Assembly: GCA_965248835.1 (NCBI GenBank)
Contig: CBDFLJ010000001.1
Location: forward strand, 160,001 to 224,000
Reading direction: 5' to 3'
DNA: 64,000 bases
DNA from: Alphaproteobacteria bacterium
GTDB lineage: Bacteria; Pseudomonadota; Alphaproteobacteria; MPNO01
The notes beneath the pieces are model-generated. The model worked only from the letters and a program-made list of their open reading frames with translations, was not told where the DNA came from and did no database searches. Both the position numbers and the translations under genes were made by a program. Below are positions 1 through 8,885 of this stretch, piece by piece (positions within the stretch are counted from its first letter, which is position 1; every line of letters begins with the position of its first letter).

Positions 1-1412
1 CGGCAACGGGCGTCGAGCGCCTCGGCGTCCAGCGCCGCATCGCCGCGCACCACGCAGGCCAGCACGATCTGGCCCCAATGCGGATCGGCCAGGCCGATGA
101 CCGAGCAGGCGGCCACACCGGCATGGGCGTCGAGCACCGACTCGATCTCCTCGGGATGGATGTTCTCGCCGCCCGAGCGGATCATGTCGTCGACCCGGCC
201 GCGCAGCGTAAGGTCGCCGTCGGCCTCCTGCAGGACGATGTCGCCGCTGTAGTACCAGCCGTCGCGGACCTTCTCTGCGGTGACCTCGGGCAGGTCGAGA
301 TAACCCGAGAATGTGGCGTCGGCGCCGGCATCGATGATCAGCTCGCCCTCCTCGCCGGGCGCTACGGTCTCATCGGGCGCGCCGCCGAACCGTATCGCCC
401 GGGTCCGGGAATAGAATCCGGGCCGGAGCGTCGCCGGGCGCGCGACCGGCTCCGGGTTGTAGAGCGAGCACATCGTCTCGGTGGTGCCGTAGATATGCCG
501 GATGGCGGCCGTCCAGTTCCGGTCCATGTGCGCGATCAGCGCGGGATCGATCATCGCCCCGCCATAGAGCACGAGATCGAGCGAGGCGAGCCGTTCCGGC
601 GCGTAGCCGGGTGCGGAGACCATCGCGTGGTACAAGGTCGGGATCGCGAACAGGTAGGTGATCCGGTGGCGCTCGATCGCCTCGACCGCCTTGACGGGAT
701 CGAAACCCGACATGACGTAGTAGGTGCCGCCGTAGGCGAGCGTGACCAGGAACACGCCGTAGAAGCCGATGGCGTGGCTGAGCGGCATGAACCCCAGGGT
801 CCGGTTGTGGGCGCCGTGCCGCAGCCCGGCCTGGGTCGAAAGCCAGATCACCCGATGCTCGGTGGTCCGATGCGCCAGCACCACGCCCTTGGGCAGACCG
901 GTTGTCCCCGAGGTGTAGAAGATGAACGCCGGGTCCTCGCGGTTCGGGCGCGGACGCGGCCCGAGGGCCGCTGGGTCTGCTCGGCAGCGGGCGAAGTCCT
1001 CCGCCCGCCCCGCAGCGCCGCCGCAGGCGAGGATCGGCGCGCGATCGGGCAGCGCGGCCGCGGCCGCGGCGGCCAGGGTCTCCTCGGCCGGGATGATCGC
1101 CGCTTCCATCCTGCCGCTGGACAGAAGCGCACGAATGTCCGCCGGGTTGAGCCGCAGATTGATCAGAGCGGGCACGGCGGCCAGCCGCTGCAGCGCGAGC
1201 AGCGCGATCGCGTGGTCGAACGTCGACGGCAGCACCGTTGCGACCCGCGCGCCGGCGCCGATGCCGCGCTCCGCCAGCCCGGCGGCGACCGATTCGATCT
1301 CGTCGATCAACGCGCCATAGCTCAGCTTGCGTTCGGTCCGGTCGTCGACGATCGCCGTCTGAGCAGGCGTGCGCTCGGCCGAAAGCCACACCAGGTCGAA
1401 TGCGGTTTGCAC
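1..1412 (-). CDS. AMP-dependent aryl-CoA ligase, 4-chlorobenzoate-CoA ligase (FcbA)-like; 3' end runs off the window
   Basis: Read manually (not in the ORF track). GTG start at 1412 gives VQTAFDLVWLSAERTP, with motifs FIFYTSGTTGLPKG, STQAGLRHGAHN, IYGTTE and GRVDDMIRSGGENIHPEEIE. Confidence 0.85.
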   Translation of the reverse strand, partial: MQTAFDLVWLSAERTPAQTAIVDDRTERKLSYGALIDEIESVAAGLAERGIGAGARVATVLPSTFDHAIALLALQRLAAVPALINLRLNPADIRALLSSGRMEAAIIPAEETLAAAAAAALPDRAPILACGGAAGRAEDFARCRADPAALGPRPRPNREDPAFIFYTSGTTGLPKGVVLAHRTTEHRVIWLSTQAGLRHGAHNRTLGFMPLSHAIGFYGVFLVTLAYGGTYYVMSGFDPVKAVEAIERHRITYLFAIPTLYHAMVSAPGYAPERLASLDLVLYGGAMIDPALIAHMDRNWTAAIRHIYGTTETMCSLYNPEPVARPATLRPGFYSRTRAIRFGGAPDETVAPGEEGELIIDAGADATFSGYLDLPEVTAEKVRDGWYYSGDIVLQEADGDLTLRGRVDDMIRSGGENIHPEEIESVLDAHAGVAACSVIGLADPHWGQIVLACVVRGDAALDAEALDARC

Positions 1413-1431
1413 GGCTTATCTTGCGTTTGGC

Positions 1432-2658
1432 TCAGCCGGCGATCAAGTGGCCGAGCCGGGCGAGGCAGGCATCGCGGTCGGGTGCGAAGCCCTCGTCGAG
1501 CCACCAGTCCTCGACCGCGCGCAGGAGCGCGCCGATGCGGGGGCCAGCGGCCACGCCGGCAGCCAGCACGTCTGCACCGACGAGCGGGAAAACCGGCGGG
1601 GTCCAGTCCGCGAGCGCTGCGGCCTGCCGGTCCCAGCGCGACGCGGTGCCGGGATCCGACGCGGCGGCGACCACCAGCGCATCGGCGAAGCCCGCAGCGC
1701 CCCAGCGGTAGAGCGCGCGAGGGGTCGACCACGCGCCCGAAGCGAGCGCCGCACCGCGCCCGACCGCTGCCGCCAGACGATCGGACTCCGCGCGCGACAT
1801 TCTGAGCCTGGCACAAAGCCCTGGAACCTCGGCGGGCGCGCAATCGAGCGCTGCGGCAAGCCGCCGGACGGAAGAGGGCGCAAGACCCAGCCGATCCTCG
1901 AAATCCGCCGCGCCGGCAAGACGATGCGGCCGGCGCGCCTCGCCGAGTACCCGGGCGAGCACGCCGGCCTCGCTCATCAAGACGAATATTGCGGCCGGAT
2001 CCGGTGCCAGCAGGGTTGTCGAAATCTCCGACCAGACCCGCTCGGCCGATAGTCCCGAAAGCATCGGCGCCATCTCTCGGCACGCCGCCATCGCGTCCGG
2101 GTCCGGAACGCCCTTGCCGTACCAGGCATGGAACCTGAAGAACCGCAACAGCCTGAGAACGTCCTCGGCGATGCGCGCCCGCGCCTGCCCGACGAAGCGG
2201 ACCCGGCCGGCGCACAGGTCGGCAAGCCCGCCCGTCGGGTCGTAGATCGTCCCGTCCGGATCGCAGTAGAGCGCGTTCATGGTGAAATCGCGGCGGGCGG
2301 CGTCGGCGGCCCAATCGTCGGTAAAAGCGACCACCGCGTGGCGCCCGTCGGTCTCGACGTCGCGCCTTAGCGTGGTGACCTCAAACCCCGCGTGATCGAT
2401 CACCGCCGTCACGGTGCCGTGGGCAAGCCCGGTGGGCACGCAGCGGATGCCCGCGGCGGCAAGCAGGCCCATGACGTCTTCCGGGGGCCGCGGCGTTGCG
2501 ATGTCGATGTCCTTGACGGCACGGCCCAGATAGCCGTCGCGCACACAGCCGCCCACGAAGCGCGCCGGCGTGCCCTCGGCGGCGAGCGCGGCGATCAGCG
2601 CGCGCGCGGCAGGCGAGGTCATCCACGGCTGGGGGCTGATCCTGCCGGCCGCGATCAC
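1432..2658 (-). CDS. cca: CCA tRNA nucleotidyltransferase / poly(A) polymerase family
   Basis: VGGCVRD, DIDIAT, DAARRDFTMNA and EDVLRLLRFFRF motifs. Confidence 0.9.
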   Translation of the reverse strand: MIAAGRISPQPWMTSPAARALIAALAAEGTPARFVGGCVRDGYLGRAVKDIDIATPRPPEDVMGLLAAAGIRCVPTGLAHGTVTAVIDHAGFEVTTLRRDVETDGRHAVVAFTDDWAADAARRDFTMNALYCDPDGTIYDPTGGLADLCAGRVRFVGQARARIAEDVLRLLRFFRFHAWYGKGVPDPDAMAACREMAPMLSGLSAERVWSEISTTLLAPDPAAIFVLMSEAGVLARVLGEARRPHRLAGAADFEDRLGLAPSSVRRLAAALDCAPAEVPGLCARLRMSRAESDRLAAAVGRGAALASGAWSTPRALYRWGAAGFADALVVAAASDPGTASRWDRQAAALADWTPPVFPLVGADVLAAGVAAGPRIGALLRAVEDWWLDEGFAPDRDACLARLGHLIAG

Positions 2659-2673
2659 GGTTCCGGCCGTTGT

Positions 2674-2982
2674 TCAGTCGCCTGGCTCGGCCCTGTCCCG
2701 GGCAGGTTCGACCACCTGCTCACCGGGCACGACCTTGCCGTCGACGACGCGCGCGGGCGTGTAGACGTTGCCGGGCTCCGCCCCGGTGAACAGCGCCAGC
2801 GAGCCCAAGGTCAGCGACAGCGCGACGACTCCGGCGATGCCGAGCTTGTCCCACGGCGCGGCCGCCCAGCCGGTCTTGCGGTCCGGTGCCCCGGTTTTGC
2901 CGGGCGACAGGTGGTTCCACAGATACCAGACGATCGCCGGCAGCACCAAGGGCACCAGATAGGTGATCAGGATCCGGGTCAT
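2674..2982 (-). CDS. small membrane protein (DUF6111-like)
   Basis: Two hydrophobic segments and a C-terminal YTPARVVDGKVVPG; overlaps the Nudix gene stop. Confidence 0.7.
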   Translation of the reverse strand: MTRILITYLVPLVLPAIVWYLWNHLSPGKTGAPDRKTGWAAAPWDKLGIAGVVALSLTLGSLALFTGAEPGNVYTPARVVDGKVVPGEQVVEPARDRAEPGD

Positions 2983-3713
2983 CGCCGCCGCAAGACTCTC
3001 GACAGATCGACCACGAAGCGCGCCGTCAGCCCCCAGATGAAATACTGGCGATAGGGGATGGCATAGAACTGGCGTTCGATGTTGCCGCGCACTCTGGTCT
3101 CGAAGCGATGATTGGCCGGCTCGATGAGAAAGTCGAGCGGAACCTCGAAGATTTCCGCGACCTCGTTCTCGTCGGGGACCAGGGACAACGGCGGCTCGAT
3201 CACGCCGACGACAGGGACGACCCGGTAGCCCGATCCGGTCTCGCGGACGTTGAGCCGGCCGGCGATACGGACGCGCTCCGCCGGCAGTCCGATCTCCTCG
3301 GCGGTTTCGCGCAGCGCAGTTGCCTCCGGCGAGCCGTCATCCGGCTCCATCCGCCCGCCGGGGAAGGAGATCTGTCCCGAGTGAGATTTCAGGTGATCGG
3401 TCCGCCGGGTGAACAGCAGCGTCAGCCCGTCGGACCGTTCGACCACCGGGACCAGCACGGCGGCGGCGCGGAACGTCTGGCCGTTGCTGCCGCGCGGCCA
3501 CGCGGTGATCCAGTCCGGCCCGTCCCGACTGGGATCGGCCCCGACGCCGGGATCGGCGAAGGATGCAAAGATGTGCTCGCCTGCAAGGCCCGTCACGTCC
3601 GGCGTCTCAATCCTCTCCGGTGCGCCCGAGCGCGAAGAACCGTCCACAACTCCATACTCCCAGCACCGGGCCGTCGGTGTCGGCCTTCTCCTCGCCGAGT
3701 TCGACCAGATCAT
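2979..3713 (-). CDS. Nudix CoA pyrophosphatase (true start probably downstream of 3713)
   Basis: AAVLVP, HSGQISFPGG, ALRETAEEIG Nudix box and IWGLTA. Confidence 0.9.
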   Translation of the reverse strand: MIWSNSARRRPTPTARCWEYGVVDGSSRSGAPERIETPDVTGLAGEHIFASFADPGVGADPSRDGPDWITAWPRGSNGQTFRAAAVLVPVVERSDGLTLLFTRRTDHLKSHSGQISFPGGRMEPDDGSPEATALRETAEEIGLPAERVRIAGRLNVRETGSGYRVVPVVGVIEPPLSLVPDENEVAEIFEVPLDFLIEPANHRFETRVRGNIERQFYAIPYRQYFIWGLTARFVVDLSRVLRRR

Positions 3714-4173
3714 AGAACACCGAGCGGACGATCAGGGCTTCCAGACCGTCCCTGACCGTCAGATAGGGCGCCGGCTGTCCGGTTTCCACGTCGACCGCAA
3801 CCCGCAGGGGATGCGTTTCATCCAGGGTGACGATGTCATCGACGTTGGTGCGGAACCGCAACCGGCGCTCGGATCCGGTACCCTCGACAAACATCTCCAC
3901 CGCCGTGAACGGCGCGTCATCGACCTGGATGCGGGCCTTCTCCACCGGGGTTTCAAGCCAGAACTCGCCGTCGGAGTCGCGCCGCAGAACGCCCGCGAAC
4001 AGCTTGACCAGAGGTTTGCGGCCGATCGGGGAGCCGTGGTAGAACCATGTGCCGTCGCGCGCGATGCGCATGTCGATGTCGCCGCAGAATTGCTGGGCCG
4101 GCGGCGTCGGTCCTTCGGCCGGCGGCGGCTTTCGAAGGCCTTGCGTCAATCGGGCGAGATCAGACTCCGACAT
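3607..4173 (-). CDS. DUF1285 family protein
   Basis: MSESDL start at 4173; CGDIDMRIARDGTWFYHGSPIGR, LETPVEK, VDDAPF and FRTNVDD. Confidence 0.85.
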   Translation of the reverse strand: MSESDLARLTQGLRKPPPAEGPTPPAQQFCGDIDMRIARDGTWFYHGSPIGRKPLVKLFAGVLRRDSDGEFWLETPVEKARIQVDDAPFTAVEMFVEGTGSERRLRFRTNVDDIVTLDETHPLRVAVDVETGQPAPYLTVRDGLEALIVRSVFYDLVELGEEKADTDGPVLGVWSCGRFFALGRTGED

Positions 4174-4200
4174 ATCGGCCCGTGCCAATCCGAGGTTGCC

Positions 4201-5223
4201 GTGTCCGACGCCCCGATCGAACCCGCAAATCGCCCGCCGGACGAGACGCCGCGCGCCACCGCGGAAATCGAGGCCTTGGGCCACCGCATGGCCATGGCAC
4301 GCGACCGGATCGGCCGCGTGATCTTCGGCCAGGAAGAGGTGATCGAGCAGACTCTTACCACGCTGCTCGCGGGCGGTCACGCGTTGCTGATCGGCTATCC
4401 CGGGCTCGGCAAGACGCGGCTGGTCGAAACGCTCGGCACGGTGCTCGGGCTCGATGACAAGCGGGTCCAGTTCACCCCCGATCTGATGCCGGCCGACATC
4501 CTGGGCTCCGAAGTGATGGAGGAGAGCGAGACCGGCCGCCGCGCGTTCCGCTTCATCTCGGGCCCGGTCTTCTGTCAGCTCCTGATGGCGGACGAGATCA
4601 ACCGCGCGAGCCCCCGGACCCAGTCCGCGCTGCTCCAGGCGATGCAGGAGCACCGCGTCTCGGTCGCCGGCCAGTACCACCCCCTGCCCCAGCCGTTCCA
4701 CGTGCTGGCCACCCAGAATCCACTGGAGCAGGAAGGGACATACCCGTTGCCGGAGGCCCAGCTCGACCGGTTTCTGTTGCAGATCGATGTCGGCTACCCC
4801 GACGAGCTCGCCGAGCGCAGGATGCTGATCGCAACGACCGGCATCGAGGAGGTGCCTGCCGAGCGGGTGATGTCCGGCGAGGATCTCCGCGCCGGCCAGC
4901 GCCTGGTTCGCGGCATTCCGGTCGGCGAGGAGGTGGTCAAGGCGATCCTCGCGCTCGTCAGGCGCGGCCGCCCGGAGAGCTCGGACCTTCCCGAAGTGAT
5001 TGAGCAGGTCGCCTGGGGCCCGGGCCCGCGGGCGAGCCAGGCGCTGATGCTGGCAAGCCGCGCCCGCGCGCTGCTGGACGGCCGCCTCGCGCCGTCGATG
5101 GATGACGTGCTCGCGCTCGCGCCGCCGGTGCTGCGCCACCGGATGGCCGTCAACTTCGCCGCACGGGCGGACGGGGTGACGGTTGACGACATCGTTGCAC
5201 GATTGTGCGCGCGCCTCGGCTAG
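4201..5223 (+). CDS. MoxR family AAA+ ATPase
   Basis: GYPGLGKT, QFTPDLMPADILG, DEINRASPRTQSALL and ATQNPLEQEGTYPLPEAQLDRF; GTG start at 4201 inferred. Confidence 0.92.
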   Translation: MSDAPIEPANRPPDETPRATAEIEALGHRMAMARDRIGRVIFGQEEVIEQTLTTLLAGGHALLIGYPGLGKTRLVETLGTVLGLDDKRVQFTPDLMPADILGSEVMEESETGRRAFRFISGPVFCQLLMADEINRASPRTQSALLQAMQEHRVSVAGQYHPLPQPFHVLATQNPLEQEGTYPLPEAQLDRFLLQIDVGYPDELAERRMLIATTGIEEVPAERVMSGEDLRAGQRLVRGIPVGEEVVKAILALVRRGRPESSDLPEVIEQVAWGPGPRASQALMLASRARALLDGRLAPSMDDVLALAPPVLRHRMAVNFAARADGVTVDDIVARLCARLG

Positions 5224-6125
5224 GCCGGCTGCCGCGGCTCGGATCGTCGACACCCGGCGCACCGGCGCTGCGCCGCGCCGCCGAGGAAGCGGCTGCACGC
5301 ATCCCCGACCTGATGGTGGCCGCCGAGCGGATCGCCGCGACCGTCATTCAAGGCGTGCACGGCCGCCGCCGGGTCGGCCAAGGCGATACCTTCTGGCAGT
5401 TCCGCCAGTACCAGCAGGGAGACCCGGCCCAGGCCATCGACTGGCGCCAAACCGCCAAGTCGCGCGCCGCCTTCGTGCGCGAGAACGAGTGGGAGGCGGC
5501 CCAGAGCGTGTGGATATGGTGCGACCGTTCGCCGTCGATGCGGTTCGCCTCGGCGGCGGCCCGGCCCGACAAGCAGGCGTGCGCCTCGGTGCTCTCGCTT
5601 GCGCTGTCGCTTCTGCTGATCCGCGGCGGCGAGCAGGTCTCGCTTCTGGGCTCGGGCATGGCGCCCGATAACGGCCGGGCGGCAGGCCTGCGCATTGCCG
5701 AGATGCTCGCCCGTGAAGACGAGCCCGGCCCGAGCCTGCCTCCGATCGAGCCGCTGCCGCGCTATGCGCGCCTTGTGATGTTGTCCGACATGCTCCAGCC
5801 GATCCCCGAGATCGAGAGCTGCGTGCGGGAATTTGCCGCGATGGGGGTCGATGGCCATATCCTGCATATCCTCGACCCTGCCGAGGCGAACCTGCCCTAT
5901 GATGGCCGTGTTCGGTTCGAAGGGCTTGAAGGCGAAGGCGCCATCCTGATCGGGCGCGTCGAGGGCATACGCGAGGACTATGTCAGCGTCATGCGGCGCC
6001 ATCGCGACGGGCTAAGCGATCTGGCCCGGTCGGTCGGCTGGACCTGCGCCAGCCACCTGACGGATACCCCGCCGCAGACCGCGCTGTTGGCGCTTTATGC
6101 GGCGCTTGCCGGGGATCGAGTCTGA
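5205..6125 (+). CDS. DUF58 domain protein
   Basis: GVHGRRRVGQGDTFWQFRQY..GD and IDWRQTAK; follows the moxR-like gene. Confidence 0.9.
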   Translation: MRAPRLGRLPRLGSSTPGAPALRRAAEEAAARIPDLMVAAERIAATVIQGVHGRRRVGQGDTFWQFRQYQQGDPAQAIDWRQTAKSRAAFVRENEWEAAQSVWIWCDRSPSMRFASAAARPDKQACASVLSLALSLLLIRGGEQVSLLGSGMAPDNGRAAGLRIAEMLAREDEPGPSLPPIEPLPRYARLVMLSDMLQPIPEIESCVREFAAMGVDGHILHILDPAEANLPYDGRVRFEGLEGEGAILIGRVEGIREDYVSVMRRHRDGLSDLARSVGWTCASHLTDTPPQTALLALYAALAGDRV

Positions 6126-6128
6126 GAG

Positions 6129-8885
6129 ATGCTGACGCTGGGCACGCTCGGCTTTGCTTCACCCTGGATCCTGCTGGCCGGGCTGAGCCTGCCGGTGATC
6201 TGGTGGCTGCTTCGGGTCACGCCGCCCGCGCCGAGATTGGTGAATTTCCCCGCCGCCCGGCTGCTTCTCGCTCTGCGCTCGGCGGAGGAACAGCCGGCGC
6301 GCACGCCGCTGTGGCTGGTGATCCTGCGCATCCTGCTCGCGGCCTTGATCATCCTCGCCCTGGCCGAGCCGATCTTCAACCCGCCGGCGGCGCTGCGCGG
6401 CTCGGGTCCGCTGGTGCTGGTGATCGACAACGGCTGGGCGGCGGCGCAGAACTGGCAGGAACGCCGGCAGGCATGGGAAGCGCTGGTCGACCAGGCCGAT
6501 CGCGAGAACCGCCCCGTCCATCTGATCGCTACCGCCCGCACCGAGCGCGACATGCCCATCGCGTTCTCCGATCCGCTGCGCCCCGACGAGGCTCGCGAGG
6601 TCCTGCGGGCGATCCATCCGGTCCCGTGGAAATCCGACTACGCGGCCGTGCTGGCCGCCGCCGAGGCGCTCGGCGTGGAAGGCTCGGCCCATGTCACGTG
6701 GCTGTCCGACGGCATCGACGGCGAGGGGGCGGTCCGCCTTGCCGAGCGGCTGCAGCGTCTGGGAAGCCTCGAATTGATGACCGGGAACGCGGACGGCACC
6801 GCGCGGCTCATCGATCCGCCCGAGGGCGATTCCCAAGGTCTCGACATATCGGTCCGGCGCGCTTACGGCGCCGGCAAGACGTCGTCCTGGGTGCGCGCGG
6901 TCGCGCCGGACGGGCGCGTGCTGGCGCGCGGCGAGGCGGTCTTCGAGGACAGCGCGCGGCGCGCGAAGGTCCGCTTGGCACTGCCCGGCGCACTGCGCAA
7001 CGCAGCGGCCAGGCTCCAGATCGAGAACCAGACGACGGCCGGCGGGACCTTCCTGCTCGACGAGCGCTGGCGCCGCCGGCCCGTCGGCACGGTCTCCGGC
7101 GGATCGATCGAGGCCGATCAGCCGCTGTTGAGCGCGCTCTACTACCTCGAGCGTGCGTTGCGGCCGTTCAGCGACGTCACCCGCGGTACCATTGCCGACC
7201 TCCTGGCCCGGAACTTCGCGGTGATCGTCCTCGCCGATATCGGCAAGCTCGGCACCGGCGAAGCCGGCCGGCTTGGTGCCTGGGTCGAGCGCGGTGGAGT
7301 CGCCGTGCGGTTCGCCGGGCCAAGGCTCGCGCGCGGCGCGGACGCCTTGCTGCCGGTCAAGCTGCGCCGCGGCGGGCGGGCGCTCGGCGGCGCCCTGTCC
7401 TGGACCAAGCCGGCGCTGCTGTCCCCGTTCGCCGAATCCTCGCCGTTCTTCGGTCTGCCCGTTCCGGGGGACGTCAGGGTGCGGCGCCAGGTTCTGGCCG
7501 AGCCGTCGCTGGCGCTGAACGACAGGACCTGGGCGCGGCTGACCGACGGCACGCCCTTGGTCACCGCCGAGCGGCGCGGCAAGGGCTGGCTGATCCTGGT
7601 GCACACCACCGCCAACACCGACTGGTCGAACCTGCCGATTTCGGGGCTGTTCGTGGAAATGCTTCGCCGGGTGGTCAATCTCTCCCAGGGCGTGGTCGGC
7701 CATGACCCGAACGCGGTGCTGCCGCCGCTGCTCACGCTGGACGGGTTCGGCCTGCTGGGCGAGCCGCCCGCCGCGGCTGCGGCGGTCTCGACCGAGGCCC
7801 TGGCCGGATCGCGGATCGGGCCGCGCTCTCCGCCGGGCTATTATGGCAGCGATACCGCCAGGCACGCGCTCAACCTGGCGCCGGCGGTCGAGGCTTTCGA
7901 GCCGCTTGGCAGCTTGCCGGCGGGCGTCTCGCGAACCGGCTACGGCCGCGATTCGGCGATCACCATGAAGCACTGGCTGCTGGTCGCGGCTTTGGCGCTG
8001 GCGATCGCCGATACGGTGATCGGGCTGGTGATGCGCGGCCTGGTGCGGCTGCGCCCGGCCCGGGTCGTGGCGGCGAGCGCGATCGTCCTGTTGTCGCTGA
8101 TGCCGGGCGGCCCGTCGGAGGCGCAAACCCGTGTCGGCGGGCAGGTGCCGGCCGGTCTGGATGCCAAGGCCTTGCTGGCGACCCTGGAGACCCGGCTGGG
8201 CTACGTCCTGACCGGGGATTCGCCGGTGGACTCGGTCTCCAGGGCCGGGCTGTCCAGCCTGAGTGCGGTTCTGCGGCAGCGCACCGCCGTCGAGCCCGGC
8301 GAGCCGCTCGGGGTCAATATAGAATCCGATGAGCTGGCTTTCTTTCCGCTGCTCTACTGGGCGGTCTCCACCCGCCAGAGGCCGCCGTCGGACCGGGCGC
8401 TGGAGAAGCTCAACCAGTATCTGCGCAGCGGCGGCACGATCCTGTTCGACACCCGCGAGCGCGGCGATTTCACAACCGGCGCGTTCGCCGGCTCCGGGGC
8501 GGCGAGCCGGCATCTGCGCAGCCTGCTTCGCGGGCTCGACATTCCGATGCTGATCCCCGTCCCGCGCGATCACGTGCTGACCAAGGCGTTCTATCTGATA
8601 TCGGATTTTCCCGGGCGTTGGACCGGCGGCCGGGTCTGGGTCGAGCGCCGCGGCGGGCAGCACAACGACGGTGTGTCCTCGGTCGCCATCGGCTCGAACG
8701 ATTGGGCCTCGGCCTGGGCGGTCGACCGGTTCGGCAATCCCATGTTCCCCACCGTCCCGGGCGGCGAGCGCCAGCGCGAGATGGCCTTCCGGTTCGGCGT
8801 CAACTGGGTGATGTACGCGCTGACCGGCAATTACAAGACCGATCAGGTCCACGTGCCCGCGATCATCGAGCGGTTGGGCCAATGA
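6129..8885 (+). CDS. BatA N-terminal / DUF4159 domain membrane protein
   Basis: N-terminal double TM (LPVIWWLLRVTPP..FP) and C-terminal YALTGNYKTDQVHVPAIIERLG. Confidence 0.85.
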   Translation: MLTLGTLGFASPWILLAGLSLPVIWWLLRVTPPAPRLVNFPAARLLLALRSAEEQPARTPLWLVILRILLAALIILALAEPIFNPPAALRGSGPLVLVIDNGWAAAQNWQERRQAWEALVDQADRENRPVHLIATARTERDMPIAFSDPLRPDEAREVLRAIHPVPWKSDYAAVLAAAEALGVEGSAHVTWLSDGIDGEGAVRLAERLQRLGSLELMTGNADGTARLIDPPEGDSQGLDISVRRAYGAGKTSSWVRAVAPDGRVLARGEAVFEDSARRAKVRLALPGALRNAAARLQIENQTTAGGTFLLDERWRRRPVGTVSGGSIEADQPLLSALYYLERALRPFSDVTRGTIADLLARNFAVIVLADIGKLGTGEAGRLGAWVERGGVAVRFAGPRLARGADALLPVKLRRGGRALGGALSWTKPALLSPFAESSPFFGLPVPGDVRVRRQVLAEPSLALNDRTWARLTDGTPLVTAERRGKGWLILVHTTANTDWSNLPISGLFVEMLRRVVNLSQGVVGHDPNAVLPPLLTLDGFGLLGEPPAAAAAVSTEALAGSRIGPRSPPGYYGSDTARHALNLAPAVEAFEPLGSLPAGVSRTGYGRDSAITMKHWLLVAALALAIADTVIGLVMRGLVRLRPARVVAASAIVLLSLMPGGPSEAQTRVGGQVPAGLDAKALLATLETRLGYVLTGDSPVDSVSRAGLSSLSAVLRQRTAVEPGEPLGVNIESDELAFFPLLYWAVSTRQRPPSDRALEKLNQYLRSGGTILFDTRERGDFTTGAFAGSGAASRHLRSLLRGLDIPMLIPVPRDHVLTKAFYLISDFPGRWTGGRVWVERRGGQHNDGVSSVAIGSNDWASAWAVDRFGNPMFPTVPGGERQREMAFRFGVNWVMYALTGNYKTDQVHVPAIIERLGQ

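Noticed and set aside
78-1805. 575-aa plus-strand ORF, and similar long shadow ORFs (6159-8882, 8843-10507, 20454-22847, 49855-52047)
   Set aside because: Antisense shadows of well-supported genes in high-GC DNA; Arg/Ala/Pro-rich with no motifs.
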